Below are positions 21,195 to 31,878 of a DNA stretch of 64,000 nt, in pieces. Source of the stretch: an uncultured Melioribacteraceae bacterium. GTDB lineage: Bacteria > Bacteroidota > Ignavibacteria > Ignavibacteriales > Melioribacteraceae. Numbering within the stretch: position 1 is the first letter of the stretch; each line of letters begins with the position of its first letter. Made by a program: the position numbers and the translations under genes. The notes under the pieces were generated by a model. That model made no database searches. It worked only from the letters and a program-made list of their open reading frames with translations, and was not told where the DNA came from. The stretch spans positions 2,098 to 66,097 of the forward strand of contig CAZNJB010000021.1 of the NCBI GenBank assembly GCA_964573255.1, in the 5' to 3' direction.

Positions 21195-22295
21195 ATGGGA
21201 GATGAAATGACAAAATTAATGCAATTAGCCGAAGTTGGGCAGTCTGTTTGGTACGATTTTATTAAGCGAGATATTTTAGTTGACGGAACGTTAGATGAAC
21301 TTATTGCTCAGGGAGTTAGAGGTATAACTTCCAATCCATCCATTTTCGAGAAAGCAATTTCAGAGAGTGACTTATACGATGAAGATATTCAAAATCTAGA
21401 TTTAAATGATACAGTTCTTAATATTTATGAAAATTTGGCTAAAAAGGATATTCGTCTTGCAGCCGAAAAAATGTTGAAAGTCTACAATGAGACTAACGGT
21501 CTGGACGGTTACGTTTCTTTAGAAGTAAATCCAAAGCTTGCTTATAAAACTGAAGAAACTGTTGCTGAAGCTATTAGATTGTTCAATGAATTGAATATGC
21601 CTAATATTATGATTAAAGTTCCCGCCACAGCGGAAGGAGTACCCGCGGTAAAAACTTTAATTTCGAAAGGTATAAACGTAAATGTTACGCTCATATTTTC
21701 GATTGAAAATTATTTGAATGTTGCTCGTGCATACATCGATGGTTTAGAAGAGTTTGCAAATAACGGTGGGGACGTTTCTAAAGTTGCTTCCGTTGCCAGC
21801 TTTTTCGTTAGCCGTGTAGATACTTCAGTAGATAAAAAATTAGAAGAATTAAATAGAACCGACCTTGCCGGAAAAGCTGCTGTAGCAAATTCCAAAGTAG
21901 CTTACAAGGAATTCCTCAAATTATTCTCAGGCGATAAATGGGAAGGATTAAAAAATAAAGGTGCAAGAGTTCAAAGATTACTTTGGGCTTCAACAAGCAC
22001 GAAAAATCCGAATTACTCCGATATACTTTATGTCCAAGACCTGATCGGTTCTCCTACGGTAAATACTATGCCGCCTAATACCGTTGAGGCATTTATTGAT
22101 CACGGGGAAGTTAAAGAAACTCTTTCAAAGGGTCTTGATGAAGCCGAAAAAATACTTGAGCAGTTGGAAGAAATTGGCGTTTCGATGAAGGAAATAACTG
22201 CCGATCTTCAAACGAAAGGTGTTAAAGCTTTTGCCGATGCCTTTGATGTATTATTGAATAGTTTGGAAGAAAAAATGAATTTAATTAAGAGCTAA
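21195..22295 (+). CDS. tal: Transaldolase (long form)
   Basis: GVRGITSNPSIFEKAI and MIKVPATAEGVPAVKTLISKGINVNVTLIFS motifs. An alternative ATG at 21207 sits behind a GGGAGA SD. Confidence 0.93.
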   Translation: MGDEMTKLMQLAEVGQSVWYDFIKRDILVDGTLDELIAQGVRGITSNPSIFEKAISESDLYDEDIQNLDLNDTVLNIYENLAKKDIRLAAEKMLKVYNETNGLDGYVSLEVNPKLAYKTEETVAEAIRLFNELNMPNIMIKVPATAEGVPAVKTLISKGINVNVTLIFSIENYLNVARAYIDGLEEFANNGGDVSKVASVASFFVSRVDTSVDKKLEELNRTDLAGKAAVANSKVAYKEFLKLFSGDKWEGLKNKGARVQRLLWASTSTKNPNYSDILYVQDLIGSPTVNTMPPNTVEAFIDHGEVKETLSKGLDEAEKILEQLEEIGVSMKEITADLQTKGVKAFADAFDVLLNSLEEKMNLIKS

Positions 22296-22297
22296 AT

Positions 22298-23986
22298 ATG
22301 AAAACAAATATTTATTTGGGGCATCATAGTAAATCAATAAACGACAAAATCGCTCAAGCTAATGAAGAGAATTTAATTAAAAGAATCTGGGATAAAGATT
22401 ATACCATTTGGAGCGAAAGTCCCGCAGAAATTACTAACCGATTGGGTTGGCTCGATATTTCTGTTAGAATGGAAAAAGTGCTCGGCAAAATATATGACTT
22501 TGTTGAAGACGTTAAAGCTGAATTTGATACGGCACTCCTTCTAGGTATGGGGGGCAGTAGCTTGGCACCGGATGTTTTTTCGAACATTTTCGGTGAAGAA
22601 GAGGGGAGCCTCAAGTTAAAAGTACTTGATAGTACACATCCCGATTTTGTAAACCGAATTGCGGAATCAATTGATTTCTCAAAAACACTCTTTATCGTAT
22701 CTACCAAGTCCGGCGGCACGGCAGAAACAATGTCTTTAATGAAATTCTTTTATAATAAATGCAAAAATTTATTGGGTGAAAAAGCCGGCTCTCATTTTAT
22801 TGCCATTACCGATCCTGGTAGTGGATTAGAGCAACTAGCGAACGAATTAGAATTTCGAAATACATTTTTAAATGACCCGAATATCGGAGGTCGTTTTTCG
22901 GCTTTATCTTATTTCGGATTAGTTCCGGCAGCCTTGCTTGGCATCGATTTGAACAAACTTTTGCAGAAAACAAATTCAATAATTTGTCCTCCTGATCAAC
23001 CGGATTGCCTTGATGCTGCAAAGAATGAACCCGCGGCAGTTGGAATTACTATGGGAGAATTAGCTTTAAACGGGAAAAATAAATTGACTTTTTTAACTTC
23101 CCGTTCATTGGCTAATTTTGGTGATTGGGTTGAACAATTGATTGCCGAAAGTACCGGCAAAATTGGTAAAGGTATACTTCCTGTTGTCGGCGAAGAAGAA
23201 AAATTGTTTAATTATTTTGGCGACGACAGAGTTATTGTTTTTATTCATCTTCAATCCGATCAAGATTTCAATTCTGAAATTGAAAGATTTCGTTCTTCGG
23301 GATATGTAGTCATTGATCAAGTGCTTGAAGATATTTATGATTTAGGCGCATTAATTTATTTCTGGGAATTTGCAACTGCGGTTTCCGGATGGGTGATGAA
23401 ACTCCAGCCGTTTGATCAGCCGAATGTTGAATCCGCAAAAGTTGCTGCTCGCCAATTGATGGCGGAGTATTCAAAAACAGGTCAACTGCCACCGTTAAGT
23501 TTTAATTATGAAGATGATCAGCTGAAAATTAATTCCACACTCGGAGGAGATAATCTAGAATCGATTGTTGAGAAATTCCTTTCAAAAATACGAGAGTTAA
23601 ACAATCCTTATTTATCTCTTCATTGTTACAGTGATTACGATTCTCATATTAGTAAAAGTCTTAATCAGTTGAGACTGAAAGTAACGGAGAAATTTGAAAT
23701 ACCCGTTACCATAGGGTATGGACCGAGATTTCTTCATTCAACCGGACAACTTCATAAAGGTGACGATGGAAGCGGATTGTTTATTCAATTTTTTGTCGAA
23801 CCATCTGCTCATATCGATATTCCCGATAACCCCGGTTCAGATGAATCTTCAATCTCATTTAATGTTTTGGTTCGTGCTCAGTCTCTTGGTGATAGAAAAG
23901 CTCTCATTGATAATAAAAGAAATGTACTTCGCATAGAAGCCAAAGATATTATACCCGTTATTAACAACATAAGCGATTTGATTTAA
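22298..23986 (+). CDS. pgi: Glucose-6-phosphate isomerase
   Basis: SIS-domain motifs LLLGMGGSSLAPDVF, FIVSTKSGGTAET and GGRFSALSYFGLVPAAL. Confidence 0.88.
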   Translation: MKTNIYLGHHSKSINDKIAQANEENLIKRIWDKDYTIWSESPAEITNRLGWLDISVRMEKVLGKIYDFVEDVKAEFDTALLLGMGGSSLAPDVFSNIFGEEEGSLKLKVLDSTHPDFVNRIAESIDFSKTLFIVSTKSGGTAETMSLMKFFYNKCKNLLGEKAGSHFIAITDPGSGLEQLANELEFRNTFLNDPNIGGRFSALSYFGLVPAALLGIDLNKLLQKTNSIICPPDQPDCLDAAKNEPAAVGITMGELALNGKNKLTFLTSRSLANFGDWVEQLIAESTGKIGKGILPVVGEEEKLFNYFGDDRVIVFIHLQSDQDFNSEIERFRSSGYVVIDQVLEDIYDLGALIYFWEFATAVSGWVMKLQPFDQPNVESAKVAARQLMAEYSKTGQLPPLSFNYEDDQLKINSTLGGDNLESIVEKFLSKIRELNNPYLSLHCYSDYDSHISKSLNQLRLKVTEKFEIPVTIGYGPRFLHSTGQLHKGDDGSGLFIQFFVEPSAHIDIPDNPGSDESSISFNVLVRAQSLGDRKALIDNKRNVLRIEAKDIIPVINNISDLI

Positions 23987-24022
23987 CTTAAGTTATTTAT
24001 AAATTATTATATCGATTATTTT

Positions 24023-24047
24023 ATGGGGAATTTGATTCCCCATTTTT
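24023..24047 (+). terminator. Rho-independent terminator of tal-pgi
   Basis: Perfect 9-bp stem ATGGGGAAT / ATTCCCCAT with a 3-nt loop, followed by TTTT. Confidence 0.85.
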
Positions 24048-24089
24048 ATATTTAATTAAATTATTCAATCACTTTTGAGATGGTAATAA

Positions 24090-25925
24090 ATGAATTTCGG
24101 AAAATTACTTCTTGTTGTTTTTTGTCTTCTCACAAACAATTTATTTTCACAAACTTTCTCTGTAAATAAAATAGAACCGCCCTTTTGGTGGGAGGGAATG
24201 AAATGGGATACTCTTCAATTAATGATTTACGGAGAAAATTTAAGTGGTACTAACGTATTTTCTGAATCGCAGGAACTTAAGATAACCGGGACGCATAATG
24301 CAGATTCTCCAAATTATTTATTTGTCGATATTGCTGCGAGTAATTTAACAGCTGGTAAATATGAATTAAAAATTCAAAAAGGTGATTTCCAAAAGACTAT
24401 AAAATATGAAATTAAAAAGCGGGAGTTCACTCCTGAATCTCATAAAGGATTTGGACGAGAAGATGCAATCTATCTGATTTTTGTCGATCGCTTTGCAGAC
24501 GGAGATTTAGCGAATGATAGTTTGAAAAACGAATACGAAGAATTTGCAAAAGGTGATTTGAACGGACGGTTCGGCGGCGATATACAAGGGATTATCGATC
24601 ATCTGGATTATTTAGCTAATTTGGGCGTTACTGCAATTTGGCATACTCCGGTTCTCGAAAATAATATGTATATGAGTTATCACGGTTATGCCGCAACCGA
24701 TTTATATAAAGTAGATGCGCGATTCGGTTCAAATAAATTATATAAAAAATTTGTTGAAGAAGCACATAAACGAGGATTAAAAGTAATTTCCGATCACGTA
24801 AGTAATCATATTGGCAAAAATCATATTTGGGGAACGGACACTCCGTTTAAAGATTGGTTTCACGGAAATATTAAAAATCACCCGAAAGCAAATCACAATA
24901 AAATTGCTTTTTTCGATATTCATTCAGATGAAGAGACACCACATAAAATTGAAAAGGGGTGGTTTACCGATTATATGCTCGATTTGAATAAGGACAATTC
25001 ATTCGTTGCCAATTATATGATTCAAAATACTTTGTGGTGGATTGAATTCAGCGGCATTGACGGGATACGTGAAGATACTTATCCATATAATGAATTGGAT
25101 TATATGTCTGAATGGGCAAAAGTTGTTTTTGAAAACTATCCGAATTTTAACATAGTCGGTGAAGTTTGGAAAGGTTCGCCGGCATTTTTAGCACAGTATC
25201 AGAAAGACCCTAAAATTAAAACTAATTTTAATTCAAATTTGTTAACTATTACTGATTTTGCTTTCAGTGAATCTGTGAGAAATTATTTATCCGGTAGCGG
25301 TGGCATGTGGGGCATTTACGAAACGCTGGCAAAAGATTTTCTCTACCGCGATCCGTATATGATGATGACGTTTTTGGATAATCACGATGTTGACAGAGCA
25401 ATGTTTGTAGCCAATAATGATATTGATAAATTTAATTTAGCCGTAACTCTTTTATTAACTACACGAGGAATTCCTCAAATTACATATGGAACCGAAATAG
25501 GAATGAATGGAGGCGGTCATCACGGAAAAATACGCGCTCCTTTCCCCGGCGGATTTGAAGGAGATGAGAGAGATGCTTTCTTGAAAGAAGAAAGGACTGA
25601 CGAAGAAAATTTAATATTTAATAATGTTTCTAAATTATTGAAATTAAGGAATGATTATCCTGCACTAACTTTGGGGAAGCTAATCCATTTCCCTCCGGTT
25701 GATGATGTTTACGTTTACTTCCGTATTTATAAAAAAGAAATAATAATGATTGTAATTAATGGTTCTGATGAAAAAAGAGATATTCATTTACACGATTATC
25801 TTAATCAATTCGGAAAAATAAATAATTTGACTGATCTGATCGATTCAAATAAAATAGACATTGACGGAACTAAAGTCTTGGAGATATCATCTAAATCAGC
25901 AAAAATTTTTCTTGTAAAAAGATAG
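24090..25925 (+). CDS. Secreted GH13 alpha-amylase-family enzyme with a cyclomaltodextrinase-type N-terminal domain
   Basis: Signal peptide. IEPPFWWEGMKWDTLQLMIYGENL marks the N-domain. GH13 regions DRFADGD, GLKVISDHVSNH, GIDGIREDT, VGEVW and FLDNHD are present. Confidence 0.9.
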   Translation: MNFGKLLLVVFCLLTNNLFSQTFSVNKIEPPFWWEGMKWDTLQLMIYGENLSGTNVFSESQELKITGTHNADSPNYLFVDIAASNLTAGKYELKIQKGDFQKTIKYEIKKREFTPESHKGFGREDAIYLIFVDRFADGDLANDSLKNEYEEFAKGDLNGRFGGDIQGIIDHLDYLANLGVTAIWHTPVLENNMYMSYHGYAATDLYKVDARFGSNKLYKKFVEEAHKRGLKVISDHVSNHIGKNHIWGTDTPFKDWFHGNIKNHPKANHNKIAFFDIHSDEETPHKIEKGWFTDYMLDLNKDNSFVANYMIQNTLWWIEFSGIDGIREDTYPYNELDYMSEWAKVVFENYPNFNIVGEVWKGSPAFLAQYQKDPKIKTNFNSNLLTITDFAFSESVRNYLSGSGGMWGIYETLAKDFLYRDPYMMMTFLDNHDVDRAMFVANNDIDKFNLAVTLLLTTRGIPQITYGTEIGMNGGGHHGKIRAPFPGGFEGDERDAFLKEERTDEENLIFNNVSKLLKLRNDYPALTLGKLIHFPPVDDVYVYFRIYKKEIIMIVINGSDEKRDIHLHDYLNQFGKINNLTDLIDSNKIDIDGTKVLEISSKSAKIFLVKR

Positions 25926-25932
25926 GAATAAA

Positions 25933-26199
25933 ATGATACTCGGCAGAAAAGGTGAAACACCTCATATTAATTATCCGGTCAATTGGATTTTTACTTTGAT
26001 AGGCGAAGACCCTTTAAAGATAGAAGCAGCCGTAAAAAATATCGTTGAAGAATATAATTACTCTTTCAACGCCTCTAAGAGTAGTAAAAAAGGGAAATAT
26101 TACAGCTTTAAATTAGTTGTTGAAGTACCAACCGAGGAAATTCGTTTAAGGATTTTCAAATCTCTTGAAAATGATAATTCAATTAAATTAGTGCTTTAA
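25933..26199 (+). CDS. Small YbeD/DUF493-like protein
   Basis: 88 aa with a YPVNWIFTLIGE start and a ferredoxin-like pattern. Weak recognition only. Confidence 0.5.
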   Translation: MILGRKGETPHINYPVNWIFTLIGEDPLKIEAAVKNIVEEYNYSFNASKSSKKGKYYSFKLVVEVPTEEIRLRIFKSLENDNSIKLVL

Positions 26200-26217
26200 T
26201 ATTAAAAGAGTAAACAT

Positions 26218-27762
26218 ATGAAGAAACTTTCGATTCTATTATCATTGATTATATTGACAGCCTGTTCAGGCGGACGCGAATGGACAAACAAAATATTCAC
26301 AGATAAATATCTTCGTGCAAATTTAACTTTTTTAGCATCAGATGAATTGGAAGGAAGAGAAACTACAACACGGGGCGAAAAGTTAGCTTCTCTCTTCATT
26401 GCGTCGGAACTCAATAAATACGGAATAAAACCTCTAGGGGATAGCGGAACGTATTTCCAGAAATTCGCATTAAATGTTGCCGGTTTTTCCGAAGATTCAA
26501 AAATAACTTTGTCATTCGATACAGTAAAATATGATTTGAAACTCGGTGATGATTTTGTACGTGCGTTCTGGTATTTCCCGTCTACAAGTTATTTAAATAA
26601 ATCGAGTGAAATTGTTTTTGCCGGATACGGAATAGATGCCCCGGAATATGAATATAACGATTATAGCGAATTAGATGTTACAGGCAAGACAGTATTATTA
26701 TTAACCGGGGAACCGGAAAGCGACGATCCGGATTTTTTTGATGGTGAAAAACGTTCAAAATATTCTCGCACAAATTATAAAATTAATACAGCCAAGGATA
26801 AAGGCGCGGTTGGGGTTCTCTTTCTACCCGATAGTACTTTATTAAAGTACTGGAAGCGTTTTGCGAGTTGGACTAAATCGGAATCTTTTAACTATTCAAG
26901 CGATTCGAAAGATAGCTTTGACGGAATTCCTGCTTTTTCATTGAGTTTAGAAGCAGCAAATAAATTGTTATCATCTGTCGGATTAACTATAAAAGATCTG
27001 CAGAATTATTTGGATGATTTCAAACGTCCGAATGAATTTAAGATTAATACTAAAATAAATTTCGATTTAAAAATAAATATTCGGAAAAAGTATGCCAGGA
27101 ATGTTGTGGGTATTTTGCCCGGCATAGATGATTCACTTAAGCACGAATATGTTGTGTTGAGCGCTCATTACGATCATCTCGGTAAAAGGGGAGAAGATAT
27201 TTTTAACGGTGCGGACGATGACGGTTCCGGAACGGCAGTAATATTGGATGCAGCCAGAACCCTTTCAATAGTAAGAAAAAATAAGCGGTCCATTTTATTT
27301 GTGTTTCATACCGCCGAAGAAAAAGGATTACTTGGTTCCCGGTATTTTACCGAGCACTTCGATTATATGGATAAAATCAGAGCGGATATAAATATTGATA
27401 TGGTTGGGCGGGGAAGTGTTGATACAATTTATAATATCGGTTCGGGCAAATTGAGTGAAGAATTTTACCGGCTGGTTCGTTCTGCAAACGATGAATCGGT
27501 TAAATTCGTTTTTAATTATAAATTTGATGATCCGAACGATCCCAACAGATTTTATTATAGGAGTGATCACGTTCATTATGCAAATAAGGGAATACCGATT
27601 GTGTTCTTTTATGATTATATGAAAAAAGATTACCACCGTTCTACAGATACGGTGGAAAAGATTAACTTCGAAAAAATGGCAAAAATGGTTAATTTAGCGC
27701 ATCACATCGCACTTAAAGTAGCTAATTTGAATCATCCTTTGAAATTAGATAAAAATGAGTAG
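26218..27762 (+). CDS. M28-family aminopeptidase lipoprotein with PA-domain insert
   Basis: Lipobox LTACSG. Zinc-site motifs SAHYDHLG, GADDDGSGTA and HTAEEKGLLGS. Also SDH..Y. Confidence 0.88.
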   Translation: MKKLSILLSLIILTACSGGREWTNKIFTDKYLRANLTFLASDELEGRETTTRGEKLASLFIASELNKYGIKPLGDSGTYFQKFALNVAGFSEDSKITLSFDTVKYDLKLGDDFVRAFWYFPSTSYLNKSSEIVFAGYGIDAPEYEYNDYSELDVTGKTVLLLTGEPESDDPDFFDGEKRSKYSRTNYKINTAKDKGAVGVLFLPDSTLLKYWKRFASWTKSESFNYSSDSKDSFDGIPAFSLSLEAANKLLSSVGLTIKDLQNYLDDFKRPNEFKINTKINFDLKINIRKKYARNVVGILPGIDDSLKHEYVVLSAHYDHLGKRGEDIFNGADDDGSGTAVILDAARTLSIVRKNKRSILFVFHTAEEKGLLGSRYFTEHFDYMDKIRADINIDMVGRGSVDTIYNIGSGKLSEEFYRLVRSANDESVKFVFNYKFDDPNDPNRFYYRSDHVHYANKGIPIVFFYDYMKKDYHRSTDTVEKINFEKMAKMVNLAHHIALKVANLNHPLKLDKNE

Positions 27763-27824
27763 ATTTTGATTTGTAATAATTGTTTAGTTTATTTGTGCGC
27801 TTTTTGAATTAAAATTTGGTAGTT

Positions 27825-30137
27825 ATGATCAAAAATTTGGTTATTGTCGAGTCACCTGCAAAAGCAAAGACTATTGAAAACTTTTTGGGCAAAGATTATG
27901 TGGTTGTTTCCAGTTATGGTCACATCCGTGATCTTGTAAAAAAGAATAATGGAATTGAGATTGAAAATAATTTTCAACCCATCTATCAGGTGCCGGAAGA
28001 GAAAAAGAAAGTTGTAAAAGAACTTAAAAAATTAGCTAAGCAAGCTGAAACAGTTTGGCTCGCAACTGACGAAGACCGTGAAGGGGAAGCAATCAGCTGG
28101 CATTTAAAAGAAGTGCTTGAATTACCCGACGATAAAGTTAAGCGTATAGTTTTCAATGAGATTACCAAAAAAGCAATTCAAGAAGCAATTAAAAATCCAA
28201 GGAAAATTGACGAACACTTAGTTGATGCACAACAGGCAAGAAGGGTACTTGATAGGCTTGTAGGATTTGAGCTGTCCCCGATTCTCTGGCGGAAAGTGAG
28301 ACCTTCTTTAAGCGCTGGCAGAGTTCAATCGGTTGCCGTTCGTTTAGTTGTGGAACGCGAACGCGAAATAATGAACTTTAAACCCGAATCCGAATTTAAA
28401 GTCGTTGGTGATTTCTTAGTTAGTTCGGATAACAAGTTAGACAAATTCACTGCTGAACTTTCAAAGAAATTCAAATCGGAAAAGGATGCAAAGGAATTCC
28501 TAGAAAAGATAAAGGACGCGGAATTTAAAGTAGCTTCCCTCGAAAAGAAGCCGGCTAAAAAATCTCCATCCGCTCCGTTTACCACTTCAACTTTGCAACA
28601 GGAAGCAAGTAGAAAATTGAGATTTTCTGTTGCCAAAACAATGCTGATTGCTCAAAGGTTGTACGAAGCCGGAAAGATAACATATATGAGAACCGATTCC
28701 GTCAATTTATCCGATTTAGCATTGGAAGATGCTAAAAAGACGATTGTAAAAAATTACGGAGAAGAATATTCCCATACACGACAATATAAAACCAAATCAG
28801 CTTCTGCTCAGGAAGCTCACGAGGCTATTCGTCCGGCGTATATTGAAAAGCAAAATATTGACGGAACGGCAGATGAAAAAGCTCTCTATAATTTGATTTG
28901 GAAAAGAACCATCGCATCTCAGATGTCCGAAGCACAATTGGAAAGGACAATAGTAAAAATTGAAATTTCAAATTCTCCCGAAATTTTCACCGCTAAGGGC
29001 GAGGTAATTAAATTCGATGGATTTTTAAAAGTTTATATTGAATCTACTGATGATGAAAATGTTGAAAGCAGTGATACCGGATTACTTCCGCAAATGAATG
29101 AAGGTGACCGGTTGGATTATGAAAAAATTACTGCAACACAAAGATTCTCTCGTCCGCCTGCAAGATATACCGAAGCTTCATTAGTAAAAAAATTGGAAGA
29201 ACTCGGAATTGGTCGTCCTTCAACTTATGCACCTACCATCAGTACTATTCAAAAACGCGGTTATGTGGTTAAAGGTGATGGTCAAGGAACTGAAAGGGAG
29301 TATTCGGTTCTATCGATTGATAAAAATGGCAAACTTACTAAGGAAATTAAGACTGAAATAACAGGGAGTAATAAAGGGAAATTGGTGCCAGCAGATATTG
29401 CATTGCTGGTAAATGATTTTCTTCTGGATAACTTTCCTCAAATAATGGATTATAAATTTACTGCTCACGTTGAGGAAGAATTGGACGAAATAGCGGGCGG
29501 TAAAATGAAATGGAATAATATGATTGCTGAGTTTTATAATCCATTTCACGAAAATGTTGAACATACAATAGAAAATTCAGAACGTGTAAAAGGAGAGAGG
29601 ATACTCGGTAAAGATCCCAAAACAGGGAAGCAGGTTTCGGTTCGTATGGCAAGATTCGGTCCGGTAGCACAACTTACTAATCCAGACGATCCCGATGAGA
29701 AACCGCAATTCGCCGGTTTGCGTTCCGATCAAAGATTAGAAACAATTACACTTGAAGAAGCTCTCGATTTGTTTAAGCTTCCGAGAACTTTAGGAGAATA
29801 CGAAGGCGAAGAAGTTGTTGCAGCTATCGGTAGATTCGGTCCTTATGTTCGTCATAAAGGTAAATTCTATTCTTTGGGGAAAGATTACGATCCTTATTCG
29901 GTTACTTTAGAAGAAGCAATTTCTGTAATTGAAGCCAAGCGAAAGGCTGATGCAGAAAAGACTATTAAAGTTTTCGAGGAAGATGAATCGATTAAGGTTC
30001 TTAAAGGAAGATGGGGACCATATCTTAAAGCAGGTAGAATGAATGTAAGAATACCAAAAGATTACGACGGTGAGAAACTTACATACGAAGAAGCTTTAGA
30101 ATTAATAGAAGCGACAAAAAATAAAAAGAAAAAATAG
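27825..30137 (+). CDS. topA: DNA topoisomerase I
   Basis: TOPRIM start LVIVESPAKAKTIE, DEDREGEAISWH, and active-site region ITYMRTDS. ATG 27825 is preferred to the track's TTG 27816. Confidence 0.97.
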   Translation: MIKNLVIVESPAKAKTIENFLGKDYVVVSSYGHIRDLVKKNNGIEIENNFQPIYQVPEEKKKVVKELKKLAKQAETVWLATDEDREGEAISWHLKEVLELPDDKVKRIVFNEITKKAIQEAIKNPRKIDEHLVDAQQARRVLDRLVGFELSPILWRKVRPSLSAGRVQSVAVRLVVEREREIMNFKPESEFKVVGDFLVSSDNKLDKFTAELSKKFKSEKDAKEFLEKIKDAEFKVASLEKKPAKKSPSAPFTTSTLQQEASRKLRFSVAKTMLIAQRLYEAGKITYMRTDSVNLSDLALEDAKKTIVKNYGEEYSHTRQYKTKSASAQEAHEAIRPAYIEKQNIDGTADEKALYNLIWKRTIASQMSEAQLERTIVKIEISNSPEIFTAKGEVIKFDGFLKVYIESTDDENVESSDTGLLPQMNEGDRLDYEKITATQRFSRPPARYTEASLVKKLEELGIGRPSTYAPTISTIQKRGYVVKGDGQGTEREYSVLSIDKNGKLTKEIKTEITGSNKGKLVPADIALLVNDFLLDNFPQIMDYKFTAHVEEELDEIAGGKMKWNNMIAEFYNPFHENVEHTIENSERVKGERILGKDPKTGKQVSVRMARFGPVAQLTNPDDPDEKPQFAGLRSDQRLETITLEEALDLFKLPRTLGEYEGEEVVAAIGRFGPYVRHKGKFYSLGKDYDPYSVTLEEAISVIEAKRKADAEKTIKVFEEDESIKVLKGRWGPYLKAGRMNVRIPKDYDGEKLTYEEALELIEATKNKKKK

Positions 30138-30316
30138 AAACTGAATTTTATAACTATAATTTAAGAATAGTTGAATTAAAAATATCTTCAATTTCCTGCC
30201 GTTAATTCATCTCTTATTTAGTTAATAAGCCAATTTCTATTTCTTGTTTGATGCAAGGGAATTAGTTCCCTGTTTAGATAAATCAATATTACTTAACCTA
30301 ATACTTGAGGTACAAT

Positions 30317-30829
30317 ATGACTTTATTAAGAAATTCCATTATAGCAACAATTATTTCGATAATATTGCTCGGAAATAGTTTCGCCCAAGATAAAGCTAAA
30401 CAGCAGCTTTATATGGAGTACATGCAAATCCAAATGCAATTGCAATCACTACAGCAAAAGGCATTTGAAGATCAGGCACTTGTAAAAATGAGAGATGAAT
30501 ATACTGCTTTGGTAGATTCCGAAATGAAAAAACTCGGACCGGAAGTAGCCAAATTAGTGGATGTGAAAAATGAAAAAATTAGTGCATTTCTTGCTGCCCA
30601 AAAAGCAGGCGATCAGGCAAAAATGAAATCTATTTCCTTGGAAGCTCAAACAGCAGTTCAGAATCTGGCTAAATATCAGAAGCAGGTAATGGGAAATAAA
30701 AAAATTACCGAGAAGCAGCAGTTACTTCAAGATGCCGTAATGAAAAAAATGGAAGAATTAGAACCAAATTTCAATAATTTGATTGGAAGAATGGAGCAGA
30801 TTAAAGCTCAATTACAAGGCGGGAAATAA
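30317..30829 (+). CDS. Periplasmic Gln/Lys-rich coiled-coil protein (Skp/OmpH- or Spy-like; family uncertain)
   Basis: The signal peptide ends in NSFAQD and the rest is helical. The ATG at 30317 follows a TGAGG SD. Confidence 0.55.
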   Translation: MTLLRNSIIATIISIILLGNSFAQDKAKQQLYMEYMQIQMQLQSLQQKAFEDQALVKMRDEYTALVDSEMKKLGPEVAKLVDVKNEKISAFLAAQKAGDQAKMKSISLEAQTAVQNLAKYQKQVMGNKKITEKQQLLQDAVMKKMEELEPNFNNLIGRMEQIKAQLQGGK

Positions 30830-30850
30830 TTATCCCGCTTTTCTTTTTTT
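30819..30850 (+). terminator. Intrinsic terminator (stop codon inside the loop)
   Basis: GCGGGA (30819-30824) pairs with TCCCGC (30833-30838) and is followed by TTTTCTTTTTTT. Confidence 0.7.
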
Positions 30851-30863
30851 ACCGAAAGTATAA

Positions 30864-31787
30864 TTAATCCGGAATAATTTTAATGCTTCCTTTAACAGGA
30901 ATTTTAATTAAATATTTTTTATGCTTTCGGTTTTTTAAATAGTTTTGACGTAGCCAGGGATTATATAATTTCAATATTTTGTAGTTAATTCCATACTTTG
31001 CAGCAAAATCCGCCCAATGCTTTACTCTTTTCTTTACTTCTACTTCGTAATACTTTAATGGTTTGTACAGGTCGGTATCACTAATTTCAAACCCGTATTT
31101 CGCAGGATTCTCCATCACTTCCTTAACTGCCAACAGTCTAAAAACAAATCGGGAAGTTTCTTCGTTCAAAACAAGATTGTAATAATTATTCGCTTTCTGT
31201 CTTTCTAATTGTTCCGTTATTCCGTTTGTACCTAAATTATAAGAAGCAGCAGCTAAAGTCCAGTTTCCGTATCTTTTCTTAGCATCTAATAAATATTTGC
31301 AAGCAGCCTCAGTTGCTTTTTCAACGTGATATCTTTCGTCAACTTCTTTATTAACTTCTAATCCGAATTTCCTCGCAGCCGGTTTCATTAATTGCCAAAA
31401 ACCAGTTGCTCCGGCAGGTGAAACAACATTATCCAACCCACTCTCTATTACAGCCATATATTTGAAATCGTTCGGTATATTATATTTCTTTAATATCGGT
31501 TCAATTACAGGGAACCACCTCGCTGCTCTTTTAAGGTAGAGAAGAGTAGAGGAATGATAATATGTATTTACTATCAATTCCCTTTCCAATCTTTCCCTAA
31601 CGTCCCAATTGTAAAGTGGAACCTCTTCACCGCAGAATGTTAACTTTTCAGGTAACTTGGGCGAAACAATTTTGTAGTTCTGTTTAAAATTTAAATTCTC
31701 TTTCTCTTGATTATTTTGACCGGTGAAAATGAGAAAAGCAGCAATAATAAATAGAACTGAAAATGAAGCAGAAATAATTTTTTTCAT
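30864..31787 (-). CDS. Lytic murein transglycosylase (SLT domain, MltD-like)
   Basis: Signal/anchor sequence. AVIESGLDNVVSPAGATGFWQLM catalytic-Glu motif, then AASYNLG. Confidence 0.85.
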   Translation of the reverse strand: MKKIISASFSVLFIIAAFLIFTGQNNQEKENLNFKQNYKIVSPKLPEKLTFCGEEVPLYNWDVRERLERELIVNTYYHSSTLLYLKRAARWFPVIEPILKKYNIPNDFKYMAVIESGLDNVVSPAGATGFWQLMKPAARKFGLEVNKEVDERYHVEKATEAACKYLLDAKKRYGNWTLAAASYNLGTNGITEQLERQKANNYYNLVLNEETSRFVFRLLAVKEVMENPAKYGFEISDTDLYKPLKYYEVEVKKRVKHWADFAAKYGINYKILKLYNPWLRQNYLKNRKHKKYLIKIPVKGSIKIIPD

Positions 31788-31878
31788 ACTAGTTACTCTG
31801 AATAATTAATAATCAATTAAATTGGATTGTAATTACCCTAATATACCGAATTCTTTAAATAAAAAGATTTCAAAATAT

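Noticed and set aside
21195-23986. tal-pgi adjacency, considered as a possible split of a bifunctional transaldolase/PGI.
   Set aside because: The two are clearly separate ORFs, with a 2-nt gap and an independent ATG. This adjacency or fusion is a known arrangement and is not unusual.
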